Assembly: GCA_028292545.1 (NCBI GenBank) | Contig: JAQGMC010000001.1 | Location: forward strand, 1,408 to 65,407 | DNA: 64,000 nt | Source: Paucimonas sp. | GTDB lineage: Bacteria; Pseudomonadota; Gammaproteobacteria; Burkholderiales; Burkholderiaceae_D | Reading direction: 5' to 3' | In this document: in pieces, positions 50,569 to 60,494 of the stretch | How the letters are laid out: each line of letters opens with the position of its first letter | Position numbering within the stretch: position 1 is the stretch's first letter | Position numbers and translations under genes: made by a program | The notes under the pieces: model-generated | The model's input: only the letters and a program-made list of their open reading frames with translations | Databases searched by the model: none | Told to the model about the DNA's origin: nothing

Positions 50569-51792
50569 TCAATTGCTGCCCAGGGGCTTGCCCGCAGTGC
50601 GGATCGCGCCTTCAGCTTCCAGACTAGCCACCTGGCTTTCCGTCAAGCCCAATAGAGACTGCAGGACTTGTGCCGTGTCGGCGCCAAGCAGGGGCGGCGG
50701 TCTTGTTGGCTGGTTGGGAAGATCGTTCAAGCGTACCGGACTGGCGATGGCTTTTACTTCGCCAGCCACGGGATGCGGCATCTGCAGCACCATTCCGCGC
50801 GACGTCAGCTGCTCTGCCTCGCAAACTTCGCCTATCGTCTTGATCGAACCGCAGGGAACGCCGGCGCCGCCGAGCACGCTGACCCAATGCATGCGCGGTT
50901 TTGCCGCAATGATGGCGGCCACCAGCGGTTGCAGCGATTCGCGGTTTTTCACGCGCAGCGGAGCGGTTGCGAAACGCGGGTCTTGCTTCAGCGAGCCGGC
51001 ATCCACCGCATCGCAGAACAAGTCCCAGAACTTGTCGTTTGCCACCCCCAGGTTGAGCCAGCCATCGGACGCCTTGAAGGTTTCGTACGGAGAGATGGTG
51101 GGGTGTTCATTACCCCGCCGGGTGGGCGATTCGCCAGTGGCAAAATAAATGCCGGCATTGAAGGTAAGCAGCGACGCCATGGCATCAAGCATGGACACAT
51201 GCACGCTGCTGCCAACGCCGGTCTGGTTCCGTTCAAGGATGGCGGCCAGAATGCCTTGGGCGGCGTACAGTCCCGCGACCATGTCACCGATCGAGGTGCC
51301 GACTTTGGTTGGCGGGCCGCCGGCCTGCCCGGTAATGTCCATGAAACCTGATTCGCCCTGGATGATGAGGTCGTATCCTGGCCGTTGCGCATCCAGGCCC
51401 GTGCTGCCGAACCCGGTGATCGTGCAATAGACCAGGCGCGGATTCAGCTCTTTCAGCGCGCTGTAACCGATGCCCAGGCGCTCCATCGTGCCGGGCCGGA
51501 AGTTCTCCACCACGACATCGCATTGCAGGACCAGGTTCCTGATCAGATCCTTGCCCGCTTTGGTTTTCAGGTCGATGCAGCAGCTCTGCTTGTTCCGGTT
51601 CACGGAAAGGAAATAAGCGCTTTCGCTTCCAATGAACGGTGGTCCGAAAGCGCGGCTGTCGTCGCCGTGCCCGGGTTCCTCTATCTTGATCACCTCCGCG
51701 CCCAGGTCGCCCAGTTGCATCGTCGCGAACGGGCCGGAAACAACCCGCGTCAAGTCGAGGATTCGTACGCCATTCAGGGGCTTGCCGTTCAT
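50569..51792 (-). CDS. CaiB/BaiF class III CoA-transferase
   Basis: LGDLGAEVIKIE, NRNKQS, VENFRPG and GYD motifs. Confidence 0.93.
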   Translation of the reverse strand: MNGKPLNGVRILDLTRVVSGPFATMQLGDLGAEVIKIEEPGHGDDSRAFGPPFIGSESAYFLSVNRNKQSCCIDLKTKAGKDLIRNLVLQCDVVVENFRPGTMERLGIGYSALKELNPRLVYCTITGFGSTGLDAQRPGYDLIIQGESGFMDITGQAGGPPTKVGTSIGDMVAGLYAAQGILAAILERNQTGVGSSVHVSMLDAMASLLTFNAGIYFATGESPTRRGNEHPTISPYETFKASDGWLNLGVANDKFWDLFCDAVDAGSLKQDPRFATAPLRVKNRESLQPLVAAIIAAKPRMHWVSVLGGAGVPCGSIKTIGEVCEAEQLTSRGMVLQMPHPVAGEVKAIASPVRLNDLPNQPTRPPPLLGADTAQVLQSLLGLTESQVASLEAEGAIRTAGKPLGSN

Positions 51793-51966
51793 TGCGTTCT
51801 CTTGTTCAGTCCAGGGGTTAGGGCAGCGTGAACCCCGGGCGTAGAAATTGCGCGCGCGGCAGGTCCGGTCATTGGGAAGCTACGATAGCCCGCTTTACGT
51901 TATTTGAGAAATCAATTCTGCCTATGCTAGCATTGACGGCGCCAATAACAGTCCTGCCCAATCCAC

Positions 51967-52872
51967 ATGAACCTGCGCGCCCTGGACCTGAACCTGCTTG
52001 TGATTTTCCACGCCCTGATGACCGAGCGGCACGTCACCCGGGCCGCGATGAAAATTCCGATGAGCCAACCAGCGATGAGCAATGCCCTGGCGCGCTTGCG
52101 GTATCTGTTCAAGGATGAGCTTTTCATTCGTTCCACGCGCGGCATGGAACCCACGCCGCGGGCGCTTGAATTGGGCGAGGCCGTGCACCAGATCTTGCGG
52201 CAGACAGAGCGGCTGATGTCTTCTGACCTCAGCTTCGATGCCGCCACGGCGCAGCGCTCCTTCACCGCTCGCATGTCTGACCTGGTCGGTTATCTCGTGC
52301 TGCCGGACCTGATCCGGAAGATCCGCAGCGATGCGCCTGGCATCAAGCTTGATGTCTTGCATATGGCGCCGGAACGAACCGTGAAAGCGCTCGAAGCCGA
52401 CCAGCTCGACTTTGCGCTGAGCATGGAGCTTAAACACAGCACCAGCATTCAAACCCAGCCGATGTTCAAGGACCGTATGGTTTGCGTGATGCGCAGCGGT
52501 CATCCGCTGGCCAAAAAGAAGCGCCTGGCGCTGGACAACTTCTTGCAGGCAGAGCAGGCCAAGGTGGCGATGAGCCCGACCGACATACGCTTCGTGGATG
52601 GCGTGCTGATGGACCAGGGCCTGGAACGAAAGATCGTGGTGACCGTGCCGCATTGGTTGCTGCTGCCGGAAGTGCTGGGGAAGACCGACGTGATTGCCGT
52701 TATCTCCAGCAAGCTCGCTGCCCGTTTGCCGCGCGATGCATTGGTCACACGTGCTTTGCCGTTTGATTCACCGGACTTCCATTGGTCGCTGTATTGGCAT
52801 CGCCGGCATGACAACAGCATTCCACAGCAATGGATCAGGAGCGTCGTGGCTGAGACTTGCCGGGACATTTGA
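51967..52872 (+). CDS. LysR-family regulator (NodD/LeuO-like)
   Basis: LDLNLL...VTRAA...SQPAMSNALARLR HTH. Confidence 0.93.
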   Translation: MNLRALDLNLLVIFHALMTERHVTRAAMKIPMSQPAMSNALARLRYLFKDELFIRSTRGMEPTPRALELGEAVHQILRQTERLMSSDLSFDAATAQRSFTARMSDLVGYLVLPDLIRKIRSDAPGIKLDVLHMAPERTVKALEADQLDFALSMELKHSTSIQTQPMFKDRMVCVMRSGHPLAKKKRLALDNFLQAEQAKVAMSPTDIRFVDGVLMDQGLERKIVVTVPHWLLLPEVLGKTDVIAVISSKLAARLPRDALVTRALPFDSPDFHWSLYWHRRHDNSIPQQWIRSVVAETCRDI

Positions 52873-52959
52873 ACGCTGGATTGATGCCCGTGCTCCGCCT
52901 GGACCGCACCGACGCGAGGTCGAAGCAAGGCAGCGCCTCGCCTGAGGGACGGGAAGTAG

Positions 52960-52993
52960 CACGCCGCCACGCCACCACGCCACCACGCCACCA
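52960..52993. repeat. 8-bp tandem repeat (CACGCCAC) x4
   Basis: Read directly from the sequence. Confidence 0.8.
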
Positions 52994-53113
52994 TCCATTC
53001 AATGAATGAAGGCATGTTCATAATCGATTTCCAAAATGAGCGTGCGCTCTGTATTGTCTTCTTCCATGCGAGGGTCAGTCCGGCCCGCCGCCTCACGTCT
53101 CCAGGAGAATGCA

Positions 53114-53821
53114 ATGGCTAGCGTTGAAGAGCTAAAGAAGAAAATCAAGGTAGTTATGTTCGACCAGTACGGCACGGTGGTCGACATGCAGAAAGGATTG
53201 ATCGAAATCGCCACGCCTTTTCTCAAGGAAAAGGGCTGGACCGGCAAGCCGGACTCTTTTGTTACCTGGTGGCGCCGCACGCATTTTGAAAATTCGATGA
53301 TTGATGCGTTGCTGCACAAGGAGCACACGCCTTATCGCGAAATCGGACATCGCGCGGTGTCCTACACGATGGACCGGGCCGGCATCAGCTATACGAAAGA
53401 AGAGGTCCGCTACCTGGTTGCCTGCATCGAGCGCCTGACTTGTTTTCCTGACGTTCCGGAGGCGATGGAGCGCTTGAAGCAGAAGTACAAGATCGTCGTG
53501 CTGTCCAACGGCGACCGCGACATGCTGGAGACCGCGAAGCAGTATCACAAGATACCTTTCGACCACGTCATTTCGGTGGCTGAAGCGAATACGTTCAAGC
53601 CCCACGTTGCGACGTACACCAAGGCGGCAGAGATCGTGGGCGTGAAAATGGATGAAGTCTTGTTCGTGGCTAATCATGCGTTTGACTGCATCGGCGCGAA
53701 AGCGGCTGGCATGCACACCGCCTTCATTGACCGTCGCAAGCGTCCTTTCGGCGAGACGCCACATCAGCCAGATATCTGGACGCCGGATATGCTGACTTTG
53801 TCACACGAGATGGTGGACTGA
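53114..53821 (+). CDS. Haloacid dehalogenase type II
   Basis: FDQYGTVVD, LSNG, FKPH and VANHAFDCIGAK motifs; AGGAG RBS. Confidence 0.9.
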   Translation: MASVEELKKKIKVVMFDQYGTVVDMQKGLIEIATPFLKEKGWTGKPDSFVTWWRRTHFENSMIDALLHKEHTPYREIGHRAVSYTMDRAGISYTKEEVRYLVACIERLTCFPDVPEAMERLKQKYKIVVLSNGDRDMLETAKQYHKIPFDHVISVAEANTFKPHVATYTKAAEIVGVKMDEVLFVANHAFDCIGAKAAGMHTAFIDRRKRPFGETPHQPDIWTPDMLTLSHEMVD

Positions 53822-53907
53822 GTGTAGCTGCTGTAGCCGCAGGCGATCCCGGTGAAGGCGCGTGCCTTTCAGGGCGCCAGGCGCCGGGATGGCGCCGCGG
53901 CCAAGTT

Positions 53908-54381
53908 TCAGAGAAACCCTATCCAGCGGCCGGCAACAAGCGTCGCGATCCAGCCGAGCAGCGAGAAACCAGCGGCAGCCTTGACCGAAGCTGATGCCTG
54001 CCCTGTCTGCAGCGCGAGGCGCCACGCGGGATTGGCATGCAGCAGCAGGGCATTGGCGATGCCGGCCAGCAGCAAGGCCATCTTGGTCTGGAAGGCTGGG
54101 TTGTGGGCGTATTCCGGCGCCTTGGCCGTGAAAAGCGTGATGCCGGTCAGTGCGGCAAGAGCCACGCCAACCATTGCCGTGCGCGACAGGAAGGGACCAA
54201 GCACGCCAAGCGGAAATCCCCTGAAAAGCCCAAGCACGCGCAGGTCGAGCGGCAAGATGCTGCCGACCACCAGGCCAATGGAGACGATGTGGGCTGCGTT
54301 GACGAAGATGTAAAGCGTCGGGTACGCAGCCAGCGCCTGGGCCAGCGAGCTGCCGGATAGCCATTCAAACGCGGTCATCAA
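53908..54381 (-). CDS. Membrane protein (DUF2214/DUF6644-like)
   Basis: AHIVSIGLVVGSILPLDLRVLG, NPAFQTKM and GRWIGF; four TM segments. Confidence 0.75.
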   Translation of the reverse strand: MMTAFEWLSGSSLAQALAAYPTLYIFVNAAHIVSIGLVVGSILPLDLRVLGLFRGFPLGVLGPFLSRTAMVGVALAALTGITLFTAKAPEYAHNPAFQTKMALLLAGIANALLLHANPAWRLALQTGQASASVKAAAGFSLLGWIATLVAGRWIGFL

Positions 54382-54388
54382 GCCGCGC

Positions 54389-54772
54389 TCAATTGCCTTT
54401 GATCCGCTCGGGGTACAGGTCGAAGTTTTTGCCCTCGATGGTGAGGCGAACCGCCTTCATCAGGTTCTTGTTCTTGTCCAGCGCGCGGTTCCCGATGATG
54501 GTGACCGTGTCGCCCGGCTTGGCAGCGCCGGGTATGAATCCGGCGCGTTGGGTCGCGCCTGGATTGGCCAGGTCGATTTGCCAGACCGCATCGGCTGCCT
54601 TCACCACCAGTGAAGGATGCGGCGGGGCAAAAGAAATCTCCTGGATCGTACCCACCAGCTTGCTCTGCTCGCCTTCGGCCCAGCTCCAGCCGTGATGGGC
54701 AAGTGCAGGGCTGGCAACCAGCAGCGCTGTGCTGATTACCGAAAGCACCCGGCGTAAGCTTGAAGAAACCAT
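54389..54772 (-). CDS. Exported protein (DUF6152-like, mature N-terminus HHGW)
   Basis: ALA-HHGW signal cleavage site; PPHP; LYPER; AAGGAG RBS. Confidence 0.75.
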   Translation of the reverse strand: MVSSSLRRVLSVISTALLVASPALAHHGWSWAEGEQSKLVGTIQEISFAPPHPSLVVKAADAVWQIDLANPGATQRAGFIPGAAKPGDTVTIIGNRALDKNKNLMKAVRLTIEGKNFDLYPERIKGN

Positions 54773-54840
54773 GACACTCTCCTTTTTCGCTTTGACTAGC
54801 GTTGCATGCACCGGGTTCGAGTGTCAATCGGTTCTCCCCC

Positions 54841-56286
54841 TCAGATTCGGGGCGCAAGCAGCTTGCTGTCATCCTGCTTTTCCATGCGCACCTGCTGCAT
54901 CTTCAGGGGCTGGATCAATCCTTCCGCCGCCGCATGGGCGGCAGCGGCTTCGCTGTCGGGCGTAAGCAGCAGCTGGGTGCCGGTGGTGCGCAGCTCGTCG
55001 ATAAGGGCGTCGAGCGCTTCTATCCGGCTGGGGTCGGGGTTGACGTTGCGGATGTAAATGGCGCGCACCCGTTCTGGATAGCGCCTGACCACCTCGCGGT
55101 AGATCTCCGGGTCTTCCTGTCCGCTGTCGCCGATGAGGATGAAGGGGAGGGCGGGATAGGCTGCCATGATCCTTTCTATGTTCAGCAGCTTGTGGCCCTG
55201 GTGCCGGTCGCGGCCAAACAGTTGCTTCACGCCCAGTTCCTTGAGCATCAGCGGCCCCAGCGGAATGCCCTGCGTCTGGAGAAAGTCCACCAATGGCGTA
55301 AAGAGATGCCAGGGACTGCTGGAGACATAGAACAGCGGGTTGCCATCATCGCCGCCAACGCCGTCACGCAATGCGCGATAGAAGGCCGCCACACCCTTGA
55401 ACGGTTTGCGCGTGTGGGCGTTGGTCAGCGCGAGCATCTTGAGCATCTTGAGTTTGTTACCGACATTGCTCCACAGGATCGTATCGTCGATGTCGCTGAT
55501 GACGCCAAAACGGGCGCTCGCCGGCGGCACCAATACCTGCGCGCGCGTCGGTGCGGTTGCCTCGCTTGCCCGCTGTGTGCCGGCCAGCTGCAATTGCACT
55601 TCATGCCAGCCGGGCCCAGGCAGCGGTTGCGGCAGGTCGAAGACGACCCGGAAATAGCCGTGGTCGTTTGCCACGACCGCTTGTTCCACGTCTCCCAAGC
55701 GCGCCAGCACAGTAGCGCCCGGAACCTCGCGGGAATCGATGCGCCGGTAAAGTTCGCGCAGGTTGGACCAGCCTGAGCGGGCGGGGCTCGGTGGAGAGAA
55801 ATCTTCATTCCTGATGACGCGCCCCTGCAATTCCACCCGCTGCGAAGTGCCGAAGCCAATGTAGGGAAGGATGATCGCCGGCCCGTCGGACGCCGAGAAG
55901 CGCTTCAGCTGGCGCCAGGCCCAGCGGGGCAGGGAGTCGGTTGCGGCGGATGCGACAAGGTGATCGGAACCTTCGGCGGCATGCCGTGCGGGCGCTTCCG
56001 GTCCGGCTGCCTGTTGCTGCACAGCCTGGCTAGGTCGCGCTGGCTGTTCGACCCAGATAGTGCCGGGGCTCTTGCGCCGGATCTGGTCCAGCACGGCCTC
56101 GATTTCATCATGTGAGCCTGTGCCGACGGCGCGCGGCAGCACGTGCAGTTCAACGCCGCCGGCCTGAATCTGGGCGAGCTCGTCATCCTCCAGGACGCCG
56201 GGATTGATCCAGACCGAGGCAACGCGGTTGTCGAGCTGGTCCGCCAGGTCAGCCAGGCCTTGGCGCGTCAGGATGAGGTAGACCAT
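54841..56286 (-). CDS. App1/DUF2183 phosphatidate-phosphatase-like protein with extra N-terminal domain
   Basis: ISDIDDTI, YVSSSPW and LIGDSGQEDPEIY motifs; start assigned to MVYLILTR. Confidence 0.85.
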   Translation of the reverse strand: MVYLILTRQGLADLADQLDNRVASVWINPGVLEDDELAQIQAGGVELHVLPRAVGTGSHDEIEAVLDQIRRKSPGTIWVEQPARPSQAVQQQAAGPEAPARHAAEGSDHLVASAATDSLPRWAWRQLKRFSASDGPAIILPYIGFGTSQRVELQGRVIRNEDFSPPSPARSGWSNLRELYRRIDSREVPGATVLARLGDVEQAVVANDHGYFRVVFDLPQPLPGPGWHEVQLQLAGTQRASEATAPTRAQVLVPPASARFGVISDIDDTILWSNVGNKLKMLKMLALTNAHTRKPFKGVAAFYRALRDGVGGDDGNPLFYVSSSPWHLFTPLVDFLQTQGIPLGPLMLKELGVKQLFGRDRHQGHKLLNIERIMAAYPALPFILIGDSGQEDPEIYREVVRRYPERVRAIYIRNVNPDPSRIEALDALIDELRTTGTQLLLTPDSEAAAAHAAAEGLIQPLKMQQVRMEKQDDSKLLAPRI

Positions 56287-56468
56287 GGGACGAGGGCGGT
56301 TGTTGGAAAGGATCGCTGGATTGTGTCCCAAGGGGGAAAGGGGTGTTTTGACCGGTAAGGAAAGGCTTGTCGAAACTGAGGGAAGGGAAGTGCAAGAAAG
56401 CGATATCCGGGAAATTGCGCCGCAGGTGCTATTATTCACCTCAAATTATGAGCCGTATATTGAGCGAT

Positions 56469-57611
56469 ATGCCTCACGCTACCCCCTATGTATGGCAAAA
56501 CCCCTCGTGGCCGACATGGCGCTACGACCACGCGTCGCTCATGCCCGCCGTGACTGACGCTCGCCAGACGCTCGGTGAGCTTCTTGGCGCAGCGCGCACC
56601 GTAGGCTTCGCTAGCGAAAACCTCGAAAATGCCCTCGAAGAGATCTGGATCCAGGAAGCGATCTCCACCGCGGCCATTGAGGGACAAAAGCTGGACCTTG
56701 CAGAAGTCCGTTCGTCGGTCATGAAAAGACTGGGCGCCACAACCTATGGTGCTCGCTCCCGAAGCGTAGAGGGCCTCGTGGCGGTGATGCACGATGCAAT
56801 CTCCAATCACACCCCTTTGGATGAAGACCGGCTGTGCGCATGGCAGGCCGCGCTATTCCCCACCGGAAGATCGGGCATCCAGAAGATCGAGGTCGGGCAC
56901 TGGCGCTCGTTCAAGGAGCCGATGCAGATAGTCAGCGCAGCCCGTATCGGCAAGGCCGCCACTGTTCATTACGAAGCGCCGCCATCGAACCGGGTCGCTC
57001 GCGAGATGCAGCGTTTGCTCGCATGGCTGAACGCGCAGGGCAGCGAGGATGGCATCGTCAAGGCAGCTATCGCGCACCTATGGTTCGAGTCCATACATCC
57101 CTTCGAAGACGGCAACGGCCGCGTCGGCCGGGCCGTCGTGGACTATGTGCTGGCACGGGAATTCCATATTGATGTGCGCCTGATCAGCCTTTCCGCCCAA
57201 CTGCAGGCCAATCGAAAGCAGTATTACGATGCGCTGAACCAGGCACAGAAAGGCGAGCTCGATGCCACGGCGTGGATCATGTGGTTCGCAGTGGAGATTG
57301 CAGCTGCCTGCAGGCGCTCCTGCGTCGTGGTGGGTGCAGCTGTAGTCAAAGCGAAATTCTGGGCCGAGCAGGCTCAAAAGGGATGCAACGAGCGGCAAGT
57401 GAAGGTGTTACGTAAGCTTGTTGCCGCGGGCGACGGCGGGTTTGAAGGTGGGCTGACGCGCGAGAAGTACGCGAAGATGGTGGCTGTTTCGGATGCGACG
57501 GCTACGCGCGATTTGGCTGCGTTGGTAGAGAAGAATGCGTTACTCGTGCGCGGTGTGGGGAAGGGGACGAAGTATTACGTGAATGTGGCGGGATGGGAGC
57601 ACGGCGGTTAG
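56469..57611 (+). CDS. Fic-family protein (DUF4172 + Fic + C-terminal wHTH)
   Basis: HPFEDGNGRVGR Fic motif; YVWQNPSWP N-terminus; ATATRDL. Confidence 0.92.
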   Translation: MPHATPYVWQNPSWPTWRYDHASLMPAVTDARQTLGELLGAARTVGFASENLENALEEIWIQEAISTAAIEGQKLDLAEVRSSVMKRLGATTYGARSRSVEGLVAVMHDAISNHTPLDEDRLCAWQAALFPTGRSGIQKIEVGHWRSFKEPMQIVSAARIGKAATVHYEAPPSNRVAREMQRLLAWLNAQGSEDGIVKAAIAHLWFESIHPFEDGNGRVGRAVVDYVLAREFHIDVRLISLSAQLQANRKQYYDALNQAQKGELDATAWIMWFAVEIAAACRRSCVVVGAAVVKAKFWAEQAQKGCNERQVKVLRKLVAAGDGGFEGGLTREKYAKMVAVSDATATRDLAALVEKNALLVRGVGKGTKYYVNVAGWEHGG

Positions 57612-57691
57612 CGCCGACGAACTTCCTCATGAACTTGCTTTAAGGCGATAGCTTGTCTTGCTATTCAGGCTGACTAGAACAGGGGGTCCCT

Positions 57692-57979
57692 GTGAACAAT
57701 TCGGATTCGAACCGTCCTTCGCGACCCGGTTATTGGGCTCTGCAAGACGCAAAAGCGCGCTTCAGCGAGTTGGTGCGCCGCGTACACAGTGAGGGGCCGC
57801 AGCATGTGACGGTACACGGGCGGGATGAAGTGGTGGTCGTGACCGCCGAGGAGTTTCGGCGCTTGAAGGGAGAAAAAACCGGCGCGGCCCTGATCGACGC
57901 AATCCAGGCATCGCCTTATCGCGATATGGAGCTTGAAGCGCCGCGTACTTCAATGCCGGTCAGGGATGTGGCGCTGTGA
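57692..57979 (+). CDS. Phd/YefM-family antitoxin
   Basis: WALQDAKARFSELVRR...GPQHVTVHGRDEVVVV. Confidence 0.9.
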   Translation: MNNSDSNRPSRPGYWALQDAKARFSELVRRVHSEGPQHVTVHGRDEVVVVTAEEFRRLKGEKTGAALIDAIQASPYRDMELEAPRTSMPVRDVAL

Positions 57980-58090
57980 GCTGCCTATCTGCTGGACACG
58001 AATGTCATATCTGAACTGCACCGTCCACACCCGGCGCAGAGGGTAGTGACTTTCGGATTGGGCGGGTCGATCTGCCAGTCAAAAGCTTGA
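57976..58090 (+). pseudogene. vapC: Truncated, frameshifted VapC (PIN) toxin
   Basis: GTG overlaps the antitoxin stop; one extra base precedes YLLDTNVISELHRPHPAQRVVTF; then unrelated sequence and a stop. Confidence 0.8.
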
Positions 58091-58178
58091 CATTGCCCGA
58101 ATACACTGCCGGGTTGATAGAAGTCAACGCTCACGCGCCCGGTCCGAGCTTTACTCCCGGAAACCGCCGGGAGAGGCT

Positions 58179-60035
58179 ATGAACATTTTTCTGCTGGTGC
58201 ACTTCAGGCGTGGCCAGGGTGATGTCTTCAAGCTTGAAGAGTTTGAGGACCTTCTTCCTTGCAGTCCCTCCCAGGCACGCGTAGTGCGCACCGGTTCAGC
58301 ATTTCTCGCTTCCTGGACGATCAATGAATTCGGCGGCAGGTCCTACACTGCGCAAGACGCCAATCACGTACTGAGCGTCGACGGACTGCCCACACGAAGA
58401 GGGCATGTCCCGTCTTCATCGGCAAATTACCTGGCCGAGCTGTTGCGCTCCCTGGCTTCAAAGCCGTCGATGATGTTCGATGAGCTGTGTGGTGAATTCA
58501 GTCTGGCCTACAGCGATGGTGCAGGCAGTGCACTCACAAGCAACGTGGGTGGTTCGCATGCGGTGTACTACGTCGACCGGCCAGATTTCGTGGCTTTCAC
58601 CAACCGCGGGCCGCTGTTGCTGGCGCTGCCCGGCGTCTCAGCCGATCTTTCCCCGGAAGCGAGTGCACTGATCGCTTATCAGGGCTACGTTACGCAGCTC
58701 CTGACACCGTTTTCCTCGATGCGCAAATTGCAACCCGGGGCAATGGCCACCGTTGATACGGGAGGTCGATTGCACATCCGCGAGCGCACTTACGCGGATT
58801 TGATCGACCCGAACATAAGCGAAGCGTTTGCTGAAAAACCGCAGGCGACTTTTCGCAGTATTTTTGACGAGGTCACACGCTACCTTTTCACACTTAAAAA
58901 ACACAACGGTGACTTGCCGCTGAACCTGCCGCTGAGCGGGGGTAAGGATAGCCGCTTGATGCTGGCCCTGCTGCTCGGAGCCGGGTTGAAGGACGAGCTT
59001 GATATCTGGACCCGGGGCCCGCTTTACAGCCCTGACGTAGTATCGGCCGCCGAGGTTTGCAAACGGATCGGCTACTCACGGCATGTCATAAAACGACCCG
59101 AAGTTTCGGTTCGCCAGCAGCCCTTCGCCAAACTCGCGCTGAATAGCCTCAATTACCTTGAAGGCAATCTTTCCCTCTACGACACGCAACACATTGCGCG
59201 GGATCGATTCCTGACCGTTGGAGGGCACCAGAATGCGCTCCGTCCAGGCAGTTTTTCTGCCTGCCGCCTGGGCTCTATTGAAGAATTCATCGACGATGCC
59301 CTGCGCGCGCGTCATCGCGATCCGCTGAAGGTTACGCGCCCCGGTGTCGCGCAAAACCTGGAAAAAAAGTATGCAGATTTCTTCCGGACGCTGTACGAGG
59401 CCGGTGTCCCCATCCATCAACTGGGCGATTTGTATTATCTCTGGCAGCGCAATGCGAACTGGGTAAGCGTGTACAGCAACAGCGACTCGTATTCCGGGCC
59501 AATGACGAATCCCTTGATGCACGGAGATGTCTACCGATTCGTCTTCAGTGTTCCGCTGGCAGTGCGCAAGTTCGAACTGTTCCATTACCTGGGCATGGCA
59601 TGCACGCCTGCCTTGCTCGATGTCCCGTTTGGCAACCAGGCATGGCAGCCCGGCATAGACGCCGCCCTGCGCCAGCTTGGCATCAACGCAGCGAGCCCGG
59701 TGAGAACACCTTACCGCAGCCACCGCGCATTTCCAAACATGGCAAACCCCTATATCAGCAATATCAAGGTGGAGATGGTGCGTGCGCTTCACCCAGTCGC
59801 GCAAAAGCTGTTGCAAAGGCATCGCGACTACTTCGGCCAGATCTTCGATATCGAACGCGTGACAAAGGCTTCCGGACAGCCTGAGAAGCTCAGCTTTGCC
59901 GAGCTCTATGCGGTCCTGGGTATTTTTGGGAATGCCGTCGTCAAAGAGTACGGCAAGGACGTGTTCCGTCGCTCGCAGCAAGCCGCATTGGCCAGTGAGC
60001 TGCAGGACCAGTTGACTGAAATGTGCGCCGCTTGA
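58179..60035 (+). CDS. Asparagine-synthase-like (AsnB-fold) ATP pyrophosphatase protein
   Basis: LPLSGGKDSRLML PP-loop; degenerate Ntn-like N-domain (GEFSLA, KLQPG) without the N-terminal Cys. Confidence 0.8.
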   Translation: MNIFLLVHFRRGQGDVFKLEEFEDLLPCSPSQARVVRTGSAFLASWTINEFGGRSYTAQDANHVLSVDGLPTRRGHVPSSSANYLAELLRSLASKPSMMFDELCGEFSLAYSDGAGSALTSNVGGSHAVYYVDRPDFVAFTNRGPLLLALPGVSADLSPEASALIAYQGYVTQLLTPFSSMRKLQPGAMATVDTGGRLHIRERTYADLIDPNISEAFAEKPQATFRSIFDEVTRYLFTLKKHNGDLPLNLPLSGGKDSRLMLALLLGAGLKDELDIWTRGPLYSPDVVSAAEVCKRIGYSRHVIKRPEVSVRQQPFAKLALNSLNYLEGNLSLYDTQHIARDRFLTVGGHQNALRPGSFSACRLGSIEEFIDDALRARHRDPLKVTRPGVAQNLEKKYADFFRTLYEAGVPIHQLGDLYYLWQRNANWVSVYSNSDSYSGPMTNPLMHGDVYRFVFSVPLAVRKFELFHYLGMACTPALLDVPFGNQAWQPGIDAALRQLGINAASPVRTPYRSHRAFPNMANPYISNIKVEMVRALHPVAQKLLQRHRDYFGQIFDIERVTKASGQPEKLSFAELYAVLGIFGNAVVKEYGKDVFRRSQQAALASELQDQLTEMCAA

Positions 60036-60065
60036 AACGACTGCAAGCCATAGGAGAAATGTTCA

Positions 60066-60494
60066 ATGATGAGCACCATCCAGACCGCGCCGGATGAGCA
60101 GATAGAGCGATACGAAGCTTGTATCGCCGAAATGGTGCGCGACATACAACGGCTGCAGCAAAAACTCGACGACTGCGCGGCTACACCCCAACCAAGTGCC
60201 ACCCGGGCCTGGCGGCATATCCACCTTCGGTCCGGATCGACACAAGCCCGCTGCTTCAGGTTCCAAGGGATTGACTTCGTGAATCGAACAGTGACGCTGT
60301 CACCCAAATCAGTATTGCAGCCAGATAGCGAAATCAAATACGGCACTCAGATCGAATGCGGTGTGGTCAATGTGCTGGAGGTTTGCGAGGGCGATTCCGC
60401 GGATGGGGAACGCCTTGTTCTGGTGGAGACGCTAAGCGTGGCATCTGAGCGGTTTCGGTACTCGGTTGTGCTGGCAGGGGGACCGCGTAAGTGA
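60066..60494 (+). CDS. Hypothetical protein (N-terminal coiled coil)
   Basis: AGGAG RBS; directly follows the AsnB-like gene. Confidence 0.6.
   Translation: MMSTIQTAPDEQIERYEACIAEMVRDIQRLQQKLDDCAATPQPSATRAWRHIHLRSGSTQARCFRFQGIDFVNRTVTLSPKSVLQPDSEIKYGTQIECGVVNVLEVCEGDSADGERLVLVETLSVASERFRYSVVLAGGPRK

Noticed and set aside
58179-60035. Lasso peptide biosynthetic cluster
   Set aside because: No transglutaminase-like B protein, PqqD/RRE or convincing precursor ORF nearby.
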